A stretch of 64,000 bases of DNA, from NCBI GenBank assembly GCA_002104905.1, contig MCFE01000139.1, positions 62,001 to 126,000 of the forward strand. Reading direction: 5' to 3'. Made by a program: the position numbers and the translations under genes. Below, in pieces: positions 48,177-60,847 of the stretch; position 1 is the first letter of the stretch, and each line of letters begins with the position of its first letter. The notes below the pieces were generated by a model. It had not been told where the DNA came from. It did not search any database and was given only the letters and a program-made list of their open reading frames with translations. The stretch comes from Basidiobolus meristosporus CBS 931.73 (lineage: Eukaryota; Fungi; Basidiobolomycota).

Positions 48177-48705
48177 TGTTGTGATCTCATGACATCCCTG
48201 GTCTCCAATGCGTAAGCTAAATTACATTGGTAAAGAAATCCCAGTTCCTTCTTCAAAGACCTGCTGCACTCTAGCAACTTCTGAAAACCTCCAAGTCAAC
48301 ATTATGCAATGGAACATTCTATGGAGGCTCCTGTTTGGAATTTATATAGCTCAAAACCATATATGGTAATTGCATGTCACATGGCCTAGTCTCATGACCA
48401 GCTGACCCCTGACATATCTCCATGTGATATTCTAATCTGTACTTTAGTATATTTCTATCTTGGCACACTAACTGTGCCTCACCCCATAACCCCATCAGGA
48501 TTAGCCAATATCTCTTGGCATCCATATTGCCAAAAAGGATATATAGTCCTATCCCCCCTTATGTATTCCTCAGTCTTATAAACACATGTCTTGAATAGAC
48601 AGCCTTGCCTTGGAAATCAGCCTTGCCTTATTGATCCACACCTAAGTTCTTTCCTGGTCCTGCCTTGCCTAGCTCTACCCTTCTGCATTGTGTCTATTCA
48701 CAACA
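48177..48705 (+). repeat. 3' LTR (family Z) of the chromovirus
   Basis: TGTTG...CACAACA after PPT AAAGAGGAGAATAG. Confidence 0.8.
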
Positions 48706-49040
48706 GTATCAAGTGGCTGGGAAAATATTGTTGGTGAATTAGTAACTGATGAATGATCATATATGACTTGTGTGGCAAAACACTGGTCATGATCCTTGTA
48801 ATACTTCCTATGCTGTCTGAAAGCTTTATGGCTGAGAGGCTTGCTACAATAGCCACATGGTCTTTTTTCTCTTCTCCTACAGCATTGAATCAAAGTAGTC
48901 TTGTCCGTGGGGCAAACCATTTGGCAATCATCAATCTAATGCTATTATATCATACTTTTGTCAATGCAAATGTGCATCAACAACAGTCTTGTATTTGAGG
49001 CATTGCACCTATATGAATGTGAGATTCAATGATGACCTGT
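48706..49040 (-). mobile_element. CACTA-type fragment (region upstream of the transposase core)
   Basis: Reverse complement of ~54660-54950; CGYCSKPLSHKAFRQH segment. Confidence 0.6.
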
Positions 49041-49519
49041 CATAGTGAGCATTATGAATAAAGCTGTGGAACCACATATTTATGTATACAAACACAGGTA
49101 TTCAAACACAAATAAACAAAATAAATAATCTTATCTCAGGCATGAATATAACTAAATTAACTGTTAAAAATATTAGCATCGTTCTCAACCTTAAACTCTC
49201 TGTACCCTGGGACAAAAATATATTTATGGATATTATTTTAACCAACCCAAAACTAAGATATCATATTGCAATTCCAGAAACAAACAGCACCATACAATAC
49301 GTTTGCTATTTCCCCTTTGGTTTGACTCACTTCAATATATATGCAGCCAAAAAATAAAGCAAAGCTGTCAGGTTCCCAACCAAACCCCACCACAATTACA
49401 AGTTTAAAGGTTATGAGACTTCCCCTGCATCACTTGCACTGTTGAGTATTCTGACTATGATTTGTACTACATCAGTAAAGAGACTGCAAAGCTCACAAGA
49501 ACCCAATCTAAGTTCTACA

Positions 49520-50110
49520 AGAAACTACCACTTTTCTTTTGGAAAAGTTTCCTCTAAGAAACCCCTTTACTCCAAAGACACCCCTTTAGTCTAAAGACCC
49601 ATTTAGAGATCCCTTTAAGAAACCCCTTTACTCTAAAGAAGCCCCTTTAGGCACCCCTTTAGTGTAGATTCCACTTTAGAGACCACTACAAGAAGCCACT
49701 TTACTCTAAAGACACCCCTTTAGACACCCCTTTAGGTCTAAAGACCCCTTTAGAGACTTCTACAACAAACCCCCTTAGATTAAAGGGGAGTTTAGAATTT
49801 CCATGTTTGGAAATATTTTCATAGAAAGGAAAGCAACTTCCAAATAAGGAGAAGTTACTATAAGAGTAAATAAGCCCATTAGCTGACAGAAGGTCAGAAC
49901 ACTGCTGTAGAAGTGATAAACACTGCCTATAGTGTATTTTGAGCCTAAGATTGAGGAAATTAGTGAAAGTTATATCTTTTATTGGTTTATCAAACTCCCA
50001 ATAAACTATTCCACTATTAGCATACTGGAAGTTGTTGTACATTGTTGATTAGCCTCTACATTGTAGAACAAGCCCCAAACTAATCATAATACAACACAAC
50101 AGATGTACTG
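49520..50110. repeat. Repeat family W with the longest CCCCTTTAG array
   Basis: About 13 direct units at 49550-49780, one inverted TAAAGGGG at ~49781, and CACTACAAGAA at ~49685. Confidence 0.65.
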
Positions 50111-50459
50111 GATTTGGATTGGAGAATTAGAAGATATATACAATACTCACTAGTTACTTTGTTGAGTTGCACAACACATCATTTGTGCTTATTGCATAAC
50201 TACATCAATGTAACTACTTGGTCATAATTACAGGATTTTCAGATGTAAATGTGCCAAGCTACAGCTCATTAAGACAACTTTCAAATTTTTCTAAAATTCT
50301 GTACTTCACTAATTCATAATAAACAGCTATTCTCCTACAAAATTACTTATAAGATAATAACCTGAGATAACTCAGTATCTGAAAGAGCTTGATTTTCTTG
50401 AAATGCACTATCTCAACTTGGTGATTAGTGCATTTATATTGTCACAGAGCAGGCATGAT

Positions 50460-51990
50460 ACAAGTGTTCATATAACTATAGTTGAGGGACACTAAGTTTA
50501 GCTATTTTTCTATTCAATTGACATTGAACTGACTTTCATTGATTCTCCAGCAGCTCCTTGCACACATCTTGCTAGATGAATTGCTGACTGGTTGTAGCTT
50601 CCTATGTAGGTTGTGGCTGATGGTTCAATCAAGTTCATCATCATTGCTCAGATAGTCCTTATTCATCATATCAATCTCTATCTGGTAAGGATCTGACAAT
50701 TCAGCTGATGACTAGTAGTACTGACTTGATAGATGATACTAACATGCCAATAGGCTAAACATGGAGCTGATGTATTAGATCAAAAACTAATCTTACTTAA
50801 ATATCCAAGTAGCAGATTGTAAATTCTACCCTTCTAGAGTTGAGAGGGCTCTATTGAGTCTCTTTTCTTGTAATACTAATATCTTGATGGTTTGGTATTG
50901 TAAGTAGGAGTTGCAAGCTTGAGTCTGTCTAGTTGAACTACTTATTTGTGGATATTTTCTTGTTTATTCACTTGCTGTTAGGTTGCAAATGCGCGTTCGG
51001 TGATGATCTTAAATGCTTAGTATATTGTGGCCCAAACTTCTTCCAGTATTACTTCTCATCAATGCAAAGCTCCAAACTGTTGATGCTTCTGTTGGTATAA
51101 TCTTATCTAATCTCTGTTCCATCAATTCTGCACCTGTGAGCACTTTAGCTTGTGCCTTCTGATGTCTTTGTAGCAGAGCTTAGCCACTGGGCTCTAAGTT
51201 CAATAGTTGATTGCTACTAGGATCTACTAGCTGCATTTACTAGTGGTTCAGTCTTGCAATGAAGTCAACAACTGCATTGTTATTCCCAGGTCAGTAGACA
51301 ATCCTGCTTACTGTATACAAATATATCATCTTGGGAGATTACCACAAGCTTCAAAGTGCTCACCAAAGATGGCTTGTATTCAATTCCTGAATGCTGCAGG
51401 GGCATTAGGGAGGCTAAACTCATGACTAGGCACTTCCAGTGTCCATATCTAGTTTTGAATACTGTCTTGGGGGTATCTTCTGGTTTTGCCTCAAGTTGAT
51501 CATATCTTGAAATAAGTTCAATCTTGCTGAATAGGGAGGCTACATTAGTTTGGTAAGAAAAACACATCAGTCTAAGATATTGGGTACTTTTTCTTCAAGG
51601 AAACTGAATTCAGAGCTTGGCAGTCAATGCACATCCTAAGTGATCCATCCTTCTTCTTCACAAAAAGCACTGGTGCACCCTAATGTGACTTTGTGGGCCT
51701 GATGTTACCTTGCTTCAGTAGCTGGTCAATGCAACTCTTCATTGCATCCAATTCTATGGATACAATTGGTATGGTGTTTAGCTTGCAGGGGGGCTATCCC
51801 CTGGGTTATTGGCATGATGCAAGTTACAGATTCTGTTTACTCAGCCATGGTACTGGTTGATCTCCACACCAAAGTTGCTGTTGACAGCACTGTGGGGATT
51901 ATGGGCCATGGTAGTCATCTTGTGTTGCTGCAGGCCAAGGATCCGGATAAAGATGCAACACTTAGGGTCACTCACCTGGAGATTCCAAGA
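50460..51990 (-). mobile_element. Heavily deleted Gypsy relic of the 21648-26538 family (3' LTR, IN tail, RT start, gag start)
   Basis: LTR similarity at 50460-50820; KPEDTPKTVFKTRYGHW at ~51450-51500. Confidence 0.7.
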
Positions 51991-52149
51991 CACAAAATAT
52001 ATGCAACTGGCCTACTCCCACTAACTTAACCCAAGCTTGTGGCTTTGTGGCAGCTTGTGGGTTCTTCAGGATCTGGATACCATGGATTTCTTAAGTTGCA
52101 GAACCAATTCACTACCAACAAAGAATGACCGCCCCATCTAAATTGGAAG

Positions 52150-53330
52150 AAGATCAAGAAGTGCAATGCAACCACTAAAGGAGGCCCTAGTATATCCACC
52201 AAATCTAAGACTGGAGCACTACTGGGCTAAGATGGCATAGATGGCAACCACTATGCCAGCTGGTATGAGAGCTGCCTTTTCTCTCCTAGAGAACAAAGGT
52301 ACTGTCAGATTAAGAGAGAACTGCTAGGAGTTGTGAAGTCACTAAGGAAATTGAAGTTACAGCTCTACATGACACATTTTATCCTGGAGACAGATGCCAA
52401 GCAATTTATAGGAATGATCAATAAGCCTGACTTACCTGACAATGCCAGTAACCAATAGATGGCATAGTTGAAGATATTTGACTTTGAGGCTGGACATATC
52501 CCTGGCAAGACAAATGTTGTAGCTGATGAACTATCCAGAAAGGGATTACAACTCTCTGAGGACTTGGAACTCTACTTTGACAATATGCTTGATGCCAAGA
52601 TATGGCAGATTGCCATCAAAGACCAAGATAGAACTCCCTGGAGCCTGATCATTCAGTATCTAAGGACAATAAAGAAGCCTAGCTGGATGAAACCTTGCAA
52701 GTTCAGCATCTTACTGATACAATCTGTCTATGGCCAAAGGTTGGTATTGATCTTGTGCACATGCCAACAGCAGGATCCAAGAAGTAACCAATTGTTGCTA
52801 GAGATGACCTTAGTGGATGGGAAGAAGCTCAAGCCTAGCCCAACAACAAGAGCCATACCATATGGAGATTTATATTTCAAGACATTATCTGCAGATTTGG
52901 CTACATCCAACAGTATGTTGCTGACAGAGGAGAGATTACATCCCAAATGATTGAGGTATTGTGCTCAAAGTACAAGATACACATTGCTTTTACTACAGCT
53001 TATAATCCTCAAGCTTATGGGATGGTAGAGAGGGCATGGACCACCGGTGAACTATTTAGTCTGGACCTGTGAGCATAATACAACACTGTGGCTACAACAG
53101 TTGCATCTTGCACTCTGGGCAGATAGGATTACTACTAAGAGAACAACTAGATTATTGACATTTAAGCTATAGTATGAATATGACTGCATACTACCAGTTG
53201 AGTTAGGCACAGCCACTTGGAACACATTGGATTGGAAATCTAATATGTAGACTGAAGACCTCTTAGCCACTTGTACACAGCAACTTGATCACCATGACTT
53301 AAATATCAACAATTTAATCCCATTGGACTT
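52150..53330 (+). mobile_element. Relic of a different Gypsy family (RNaseH-integrase)
   Basis: RELLGVVK, FDFEAGHIPGKTNVVADELSR, TTAYNPQAYGMVER. Confidence 0.65.
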
Positions 53331-53339
53331 AGTTGATCA

Positions 53340-53830
53340 GTACTATCTCATTAGTTGGCTAATTATCACACCTGCTTATCTTATTGAAACAAGTTATCTG
53401 TCATTCAATGTGAGATCACCTCATTTAAGTGCCTCTATATTAGGCAGGTAGCTACACCTGTACCCCTGACACATGACCAAACCATGTCACCATCCCTACC
53501 ACTTTCATACCAGATATGGTATTCCTATGTAACACAGGTCTCAGAATACTGATTTCTGCTTGATTGGGTGTGCTGTGTTTCTTAAAACCTTTGGGCACCC
53601 ACTTAGAGCATTCTTAGCTCATTCTGATGTCATTAAGATTTCTATTTGACCACCAGAACCTTCTGTAATATTATGATTAGTATTCACTTTGCCAGCAAGA
53701 AAATTATATGGGACAGGCAATCACTCAGCAATAAATCATCATCCCTTTTTATCAATATACTAACTTGGTGATTAATGTGATCACTGCTACCTGCTGCTAC
53801 CTGAACTTCCAATCACAGACCACAGGACAC
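53340..53830 (-). repeat. Partial family-X LTR
   Basis: Reverse complement aligns with ~3520-4000. Confidence 0.65.
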
Positions 53831-53899
53831 AAATCTTCACTGTCTTTTGGTTTTTGGGCTTTGGTATAAACACTTCAGCTTCTCCCTCCCATGCTGTGA

Positions 53900-56193
53900 T
53901 AGGTTTCTCTATAGGCTTTATCTTTGCACATTGCTGTTGTACTTCAAAGACTGGACAGTGCACCGATGCTCTTACACTAAGAGATGGCTCAATTCTTGTC
54001 TGTCACATTGAGCTACTTGAGTTCCTTGCTTGCAGCAACAATACTGCTTTCTTCACCTGGGATATTAATTGGTGTACATGCATTATCCACTCATCTGATT
54101 TCTGGACTATTTCCTGATCTCTTTGGCCTAATGCATCTATCCCATCAGCCACTGCACCTAAGTCTGCATTATTGATTTAGTATGAGCTGACAGCATACTT
54201 GCTAATACAGGTAGTGGGGATGTTGTGATGGCCACTTGCTTGTCTTCAACTGAAGGAACTGCTTTTGCAACATTCTCATCTGCTTCAGCAACATGGTCAG
54301 CTTGCAGCTCCGCAGAGATTCCCAATTGCCTACTTGACTGAGAGCCTGAGGAGTCCACATTGTGACCTTTGGTGGGCACACTCTCCGCAGGTCCTTTTTT
54401 GGCTGTAGCCCTGCTTGTTGCACCAAATGTCAAAGCAAGCAGCTGTCCAACTGCTCTACTGCTGCTGTCAGTGGTGGTATTTGGTTGGGAACCAGGCAAC
54501 TTTGCTTTATTTTTTTGTGGTATATATATGGCAGTGAGTCAAACCAAAGTGGAAATGGTGTTACATATATGTATGTATGTGGTGCCACAACTTTATTAAT
54601 AATGCTTACTATGATGGTTTATCATTGTATCTTACATTCATGTATGTGCAATATCTCAAATACAAGACTGTCTTAAATTCACATGAGTATTGACAAGAAA
54701 ATGTAATAATATGTTATGTTGTTGAGTATCAAACTGCATGCTCCATAGAAAAGGCTACTTTGATTCAACACTGTAAGAGAAGAGAAAAAAGACCACGTGG
54801 CATTTGCATCAAGCCTCATAGCCATGAAGCATGCATACAGCATAGCAAGTATTACAAGGATCACAGACAGTGTTTTGCCACACAAGTCATATATGACCAT
54901 TCATTAGTCACTACCCTACCAACAATATCTTGCTGGTAAGTTGATACTTCTACAACAATACCTGGCTATACTTGTTGCCTTGCACAAACTGAGTCAGGTG
55001 AGCATGTGATGTCTCAGGCTCACCTCAAACTTCTGAATATGGCATGTAGAGTGATAGCTCTGTAGAAGCAGGCTCACCAATGGGCTGTGAGCCTATCTTC
55101 TCTAATAAAAGTACCCTGCTTGAGCCTGCCAAAATCCCATTATGCAATGAGACAACACCTATGGAAAAAAATGTCAAGGATACTTTATGGAGTCAAGTGA
55201 GCCCAGTAATCCATCTGCTGGTGAATGATGTGATGTTGTGGCTAGAGAAGTAGTGCGGTTCCACTAATATTGGTAATGAGAGCCTTGAGGATTTACTACT
55301 ACTTCTTGCCAAAACCATCCCAGGATGCCACTTACCATGAACATTGTATAAGTAAACAACTATCATATGGCTAGCAACATATGACCCAGAAACTGTCCTG
55401 ATACCTGCATGCATTAACAGCTGCATGGCATTCACATCAGAAAATGCCACCATTGAAAGGTGTCCAACTTGTCAGGAGTCCACCACCATTGGGGGAAAAT
55501 GTAGTTTGCTCTCTGGATATACTCTGGTAATACTCTGTCTAAAGAAGCTTATGCAGTCCAACAAATATTTCAAATCTATAAAGTACTGCACTCATTATCA
55601 ATCAAGCGCAAGCATATCCAATATATTTGATGGCAAACAGTACAAACAGCTAAGAAGCAAGGGTTACTTTGCAGGTATGTATGACCATGCCTTTGCTAGG
55701 GCACTTGATGGATTCTCATTAAACAAGTACTCTACCAGCAAATTCTGCTGGCCACTGATTCTCATCAACCCAAATCTGCCACCTATCTTACAGTATCAGA
55801 GCCAAAATCAGATAATGTGTCACTGGTATCTGGCCTAAATCACCATCCTACCTGATACCAGCATATGCCAACAGTTGCATGGCATTCCCATCATGTTTCT
55901 TGCCATATAAGGCAATAGGATGCACTGGCCAGTTAGATCCACTTAAATAGCTGTAGAGCACACTAAGGCTGCAACAATGCTATGCCACCCTTGGCAAAAC
56001 ACTGCCCAAACACTGTAATGTTTTTTAACTTTTTTTTGCAATAAGATTAGCCAAATGCTGTTGTAATCCCATCATAAGATTGTGTAGAGGGTCATTAATT
56101 CCAAGCTGCTGGTATTATAATGGTCTCCTGACAGGATCTTGACCGCTGATCTAGATTGGATCTACCTGCAGGACCAAATTGTTGCTTGCAGGG
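53900..56193 (+). mobile_element. CACTA-type relic with Transposase_21-like pseudogene and 3' TIR
   Basis: ORF 55425-55838 ISNIFDGKQYKQL..KGYF...DHAFARALDGFSL.K......CWPLILIN.NLPP; terminus ...CCAAATTGTTGCTTGCAGGG at 56193. Confidence 0.75.
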
Positions 56194-56439
56194 ATTTATC
56201 TACCACAGCCTCCACATCTTCCCTTGTTGACAGAATGGAGTTCCCACTGACAGACAAAGTTACAATGTTAAGAACTCAAAAGACTATCACAATGCCTTCT
56301 GTGGAATTTTGGAACATTAATAAGCATACCAAGAGGTTGCAGCACTTCTTCAAGAGCAATGCTCAAGAAAATGCACTTGAACATTGCAAGGATTTATTGC
56401 AAAGACTGGCAGTTGAGATAAGATGTAAATGTTACCAGC

Positions 56440-57519
56440 AATGCAAGACATAAGGAAACTTGGTAACTATTGCACTCATTAGCTGTAAAGTTAAGGTGAT
56501 AGATATATGCCAATTGCAACAGGTGTATGTGACTGTAGAGGTTAGCAAGCAGAAGGCCTTGGTATTTTTTGATTCAAATTATATGTGGAGTATTTGTGGC
56601 TAGGTGGGTAAGTTAATAAGTGACTCTACAGTGGAGTGTATGAATGGTACAAGTGGAGGTAAAAGAATGAAATGCCATTTGGTAAAGTGGTATAGGAGCA
56701 TTACATAAGACCAGCAGTAGGCCATCACACAGCTGTGATAAAGCCTATGGAGGTCTGCATAATAGTGACTTAAGCATTGTCAAGTAGTTCTCCATATAAG
56801 GCAAATAGACATATTGGCCAGTTAAGCCCTCTGATATAATATTGGGCTGCAACAGAATCACTATAAGGCCATCAGAATCCTGCAATGATGCTGTCTAGGC
56901 ATTTTCAAGTTTATCACTATATTTGGCATTTTAGACAGCACAGCAATGTACCAACCCTGCCATAACATTATTTTGAGGGTGAGGAATTCAAAGCTAATGG
57001 CATTGTTATGGCCTCATTGCAGGATCATGATATTTGACCCATATTGAATCTAAGCCTGGGACCAAATTATTTTTCACAGGGACATTATGAAAATTACAAA
57101 TACCACTTTACATTCTATTCATCATCAGGTTAAAACCACATAATCTACTTCCACTCCCAGTTGCTACCAACATCTCCAAAACTCTTGCAACAACCCAGAA
57201 GAGGTAGAAGGTCCAATTTGATCTGGTAAACTAGTAGAATGGCAGATAGAGTAAAAGTAGTTGACCACCATAAGGTCATCAAAAAGCCATCAGAAGCCAA
57301 TCGGAAGGCCATCAAAGCACCACCAAGTTTTCCACCATAACAGGCTATTGGGATGTACTGACCAGTTGGTTATCATAAAAGCACCATGAAGATCATATCA
57401 TAAACATGCCAAAAATGGTGGGAATTCCAATATGCGGTTGTTGTAGTAGTGCCTTGACAGAATCATGATGGCTAATCCAGATTGGATCCACCCACAAAAG
57501 CGTTTTATTTTCCATGGAG
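56440..57519 (+). mobile_element. Two further CACTA-type 3' ends (TIRs ending at 57081 and ~57519)
   Basis: ...CCAAATTATTTTTCACAGGG and ...GATTGGATCCACC...TTATTTTCCATGGAG; homology to 6520-6800. Confidence 0.6.
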
Positions 57520-58054
57520 TATATCATGTTCGCCCACTCCAAGGCCTTCCTGTTTAAGAATCACTTCTGCCAAACCTGGTACTACACCATTATGCAAGTC
57601 CTGGATAAATGGCTACGCAGGGGCTATCATGACATCAACATTAGCAACTATATTTTGGGGCCACCAGTGATACTTTGGAGAACTTGCAGGTTTACAAGAT
57701 ACCCACTGATTGGTATACCGCTGATGTATTTACAATAGCAGGAGACCTAGAGTTGCAACATGCTGATACGAGCCTAGATGCAGCAAGTGAATCACACCTT
57801 GGAAACTTTGCGCATTCTACTTCAAGTGTACAGGCATGCTGATTCCACGGTATCTTCATGGGCAGCAGATTCCAATAGATTGATTTGGTTACGCTCCAAT
57901 ATCAAGCCATTCACGCACAGGAAGTGCCTGGGCAAGATTTGCCCAATACTCCAAAGAGCTTTGCAGCAAGAAGCGCTTTAGGTGGGGTGGATCTACTCCT
58001 CACAATATGACCACTCGACCGCCAGATGTTGCACACCGATAAATTAGTCAAGTA

Positions 58055-58060
58055 TTTATT
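58055..58060 (-). terminator. Putative polyadenylation signal of the phosphorylase gene
   Basis: AATAAA on the minus strand ~115 nt after the stop codon. Confidence 0.4.
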
Positions 58061-58176
58061 TATATAGAAACATCAAAAAAATACAGGAATGCGTGGGGAG
58101 CATAGCGGCACCCACACACGATAGTTAAATACCAACTTCACTTCAGTGTAGACTTCCCTTCGGCCTTGGGATGGGA

Positions 58177-60765
58177 TTAGGGTAGACGGCAGGGCTTGAT
58201 GTTCCAGATGGAGTCGGCATATTCCTTGATGGCACGGTCCGAGGAGAACTTCGCCATTCCTGCTGTGCACATAATTGACATCTTGGCCCAGCTCTCCTTG
58301 TTCTTGTAGGCGACATCAACCCTGGCCTGAGCTTCCAAGTACGTGCGGAAGTCCACCGAGACGAGGTAGACATCTCCGCCGTTCTGAAGAGTGTACAGCA
58401 GGGGGGCGAAGATGTTGGGGTCCCCGAAGACGCCGGAATAGATGATGTCCAGGACATTCTGGAGTTTAGGATCCATGGGCAGCTTGCGATATCTGATGGC
58501 GTGTCGGAGGTCATCCACCTCGTGAGCAAGAACCCCAAAAGTGAAGATGTTCTCGTCGCCGATCTCCTCATTGATCTCGATGTTGGCGCCATCGACGGTG
58601 CCGAGGATGATACCTCCGTTCAACACGAATTTCATGTTGGAGGTACCGGAAGCTTCAGTACCTGCAGTGGAGATATGCTGGGAGATGTCACTGGCAGGGA
58701 TGATGACTTCAGCAATGGAGACGTTGTAATCAGGAATAAAGACCACCTTCAACAAGTCGCCGATCTCCTTGTCGGCATTGACCACATCCGCAACACTATT
58801 GATGAGCTTGATGACCAGCTTGGCCACATAGTATCCAGGGGCAGCCTTTCCGCCAAAGATGACCACTCGGGAGACTTGCTTCTCTCTCTCGGCCTTGCTC
58901 ATGGCTTTAAGAGAGGAGTAGCGGTAGATCACACTGAGGATGTTCATGTACTGACGTTTGTACTCGTGGATACGCTTAACCTGGACATCGAACATCGCCT
59001 CCGGGTTCACCTTCACACCACAGCGCTCCTCAATATGTTTGGCCAATCTCTCCTTGTTCTTCTTCTTGACATCCATCCATTCCTTCTGGAACGCTTTGTC
59101 GCTGGCGAACTTCTTCAGCTTGGCAAGTTCGGTGAGTTTAGTGGTCCATTGATCACTGCCAAGCTTTTTGGTGATGAGGTCGCTGAGAAGGGGGTTACAT
59201 TGATGCAACCATCTTCTCGGGGTGACCCCGTTGGTCTTGTTCTCGAAACGCTTGGGCCCGTAGAAGTCGACAAAGTCCTTGAAGATGGTCTTTTGAATCA
59301 AGTCCGAGTGGAGCGCCGCCACTCCGTTTACCCGGTGGGAACCGACGATGGCGAGATGGGCCATGCGGACGTTCTGCGGCTGGGATTCCTCAATGATGGA
59401 GATGCGGTTTAGGAGGTCTCGGTCGCCTGGCTTTGTTTTCTCAACCTTCTGCAGGAAGAACAAATTAAGGTCGTAGATGATCATCATGTGTCTGGGTAGC
59501 ACGTGCTCCAACATGGGTACCGACCATTTCTCCATGGCTTCAGGAAGAATGGTATGGTTGGTGAAGGCGAAGGTACGGGTTACGATGTCCCAGGCCTCAT
59601 CCCACTCCAGACCTTCCTCATCGATGAGGACACGTTGCAACTCCGGAATCCCGAGCGTTGGGTGAGTGTCGTTAAGCTGGATGGCCACCTGCTCAGGGAA
59701 TTCCTTCCAGGGGCGCTTGGTCTTCTTGAAACGACGGATGATGTCGTAGAGAGTGGCACACACGAAGAAGTACTCCTGCTTGAGACGCAGCTCCTTTCCA
59801 ACCATGTGGTTATCGTTGGGATACAACACCGAGGTGATATTCTCGGCGGATTTCTGCTCACCAACGGATTTATCGTAGTTGCCCTCATTGAAACTCTCGA
59901 GATCGAAGCTCTTCTTGGGCTTGCTGCTCCACAGACGGATGTTGATGCAATTCTTGGTATCGTATCCGGGGATAGGGATGTCGTAGGCGACAGCCTGAAC
60001 GATTTGTCCACCCTCCCAGGTGTACTTCGTGTTCCCTTTGCTGTCGTAGTTCTTATCAACATACCCGTAGAACCGGACCTCCACCGAAATGTCTAGGCGA
60101 GGAAGCTCCCAGGGGTTTCCATAGTTGAGCCAGTAATCTGGAACCTCGGTTTGGAATCCGTCGACGATCTTCTGTTGGAACATGCCGTAGTTATACCGGA
60201 TTCCGTATCCCCAGGCTGGGTAATCCAGAGTAGCTAAGGAGTCCATGTAGCAGGCGGCTAGACGCCCGAGACCACCGTTTCCGAGGGCCGCGTCTTTCTC
60301 CTCCTCGATGAGATCTTCCATGGTGAAGCCGAGCTGCTTAACACCTTTATTGTAGTTTTCCTTCAAGCCAAGTGCCAACAGGGCGTTGTCCAGGGAACGA
60401 CCGATCAGGAATTCCATAGAGAGGTAGTACACCCGCTTGGGATCGTTGGCAGTATGGTATTCTTGAGTCTCGTTCCAACGTTTGATTAATCGATCGCGGA
60501 CCGAGTGCGCAGTGGCAAGATACCCGGCAAAATCGTCCACATTGAATGGGGTTCTGGCCAAGGTGGTGGCCATATGACGAGCGATGGAGGTTTGGATGGA
60601 GGTGACATCTGGCTCATCAAGCTCGATCAGTTTCTGCCATAGCTTGGTCTCCTCTTCAGTGAACTTCTTTCTGGTATCTTGGTCCTTCGATTGGATCGTA
60701 GGAAGAGGAAGAACTGTCGAGCTTCTTCTTCTGGGTCTGGGTCTTTCGGGAGCACTGGTGTTCAT
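58177..60765 (-). CDS. GPH1: Glycogen phosphorylase (GT35), fungal type, 862 aa, intronless
   Basis: [53 protein letters not shown]-lysine motif [10 protein letters not shown]. Confidence 0.98.
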   Translation of the reverse strand: MNTSAPERPRPRRRSSTVLPLPTIQSKDQDTRKKFTEEETKLWQKLIELDEPDVTSIQTSIARHMATTLARTPFNVDDFAGYLATAHSVRDRLIKRWNETQEYHTANDPKRVYYLSMEFLIGRSLDNALLALGLKENYNKGVKQLGFTMEDLIEEEKDAALGNGGLGRLAACYMDSLATLDYPAWGYGIRYNYGMFQQKIVDGFQTEVPDYWLNYGNPWELPRLDISVEVRFYGYVDKNYDSKGNTKYTWEGGQIVQAVAYDIPIPGYDTKNCINIRLWSSKPKKSFDLESFNEGNYDKSVGEQKSAENITSVLYPNDNHMVGKELRLKQEYFFVCATLYDIIRRFKKTKRPWKEFPEQVAIQLNDTHPTLGIPELQRVLIDEEGLEWDEAWDIVTRTFAFTNHTILPEAMEKWSVPMLEHVLPRHMMIIYDLNLFFLQKVEKTKPGDRDLLNRISIIEESQPQNVRMAHLAIVGSHRVNGVAALHSDLIQKTIFKDFVDFYGPKRFENKTNGVTPRRWLHQCNPLLSDLITKKLGSDQWTTKLTELAKLKKFASDKAFQKEWMDVKKKNKERLAKHIEERCGVKVNPEAMFDVQVKRIHEYKRQYMNILSVIYRYSSLKAMSKAEREKQVSRVVIFGGKAAPGYYVAKLVIKLINSVADVVNADKEIGDLLKVVFIPDYNVSIAEVIIPASDISQHISTAGTEASGTSNMKFVLNGGIILGTVDGANIEINEEIGDENIFTFGVLAHEVDDLRHAIRYRKLPMDPKLQNVLDIIYSGVFGDPNIFAPLLYTLQNGGDVYLVSVDFRTYLEAQARVDVAYKNKESWAKMSIMCTAGMAKFSSDRAIKEYADSIWNIKPCRLP

Positions 60766-60840
60766 GTTGAACGAGGCGGTGGTTGGGTAGGGGAGGGAGA
60801 TGGAAAAGATCTGAGCTCTAACTGGAGGGGAGCGGCCAGC

Positions 60841-60847
60841 TTTTATA
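60841..60847 (-). promoter_or_regulatory. Putative TATA box of GPH1
   Basis: TATAAAA on the minus strand ~80 nt upstream of the ATG, ahead of a pyrimidine-rich leader. Confidence 0.45.

Larger units (their letters stand above)
43790..48705 (+). mobile_element. 5'-truncated chromoviral Ty3/Gypsy relic (RT, RH, IN, chromodomain, PPT, 3' LTR)
   Basis: MQFGLTNA, YLNDILIYS, TSDIALGAIL, NYDIYDKELLAI, TAFH.Q.SGQTER; chromodomain VQQVLD...LHYLIIWVGY...T*EP at ~47960-48110. Confidence 0.85.

Noticed and set aside
49082-49357. Possible LINE apurinic endonuclease fragment (..LNLKL...HIAIPET)
   Set aside because: Only a vague motif resemblance and no downstream RT; not supportable
49550-49790. CRISPR array or interstitial telomere
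   Set aside because: Units are ~9-16 bp, degenerate and lack unique spacers; the context is eukaryotic; the unit is not a TTAGGG or TTTAGGG tandem
58501-59412. 303-aa plus-strand ORF (also 59503-60096, 58143-58592, 59580-60062)
   Set aside because: Antisense or alternative-frame shadows of the GPH1 CDS caused by its codon bias; no recognisable motifs
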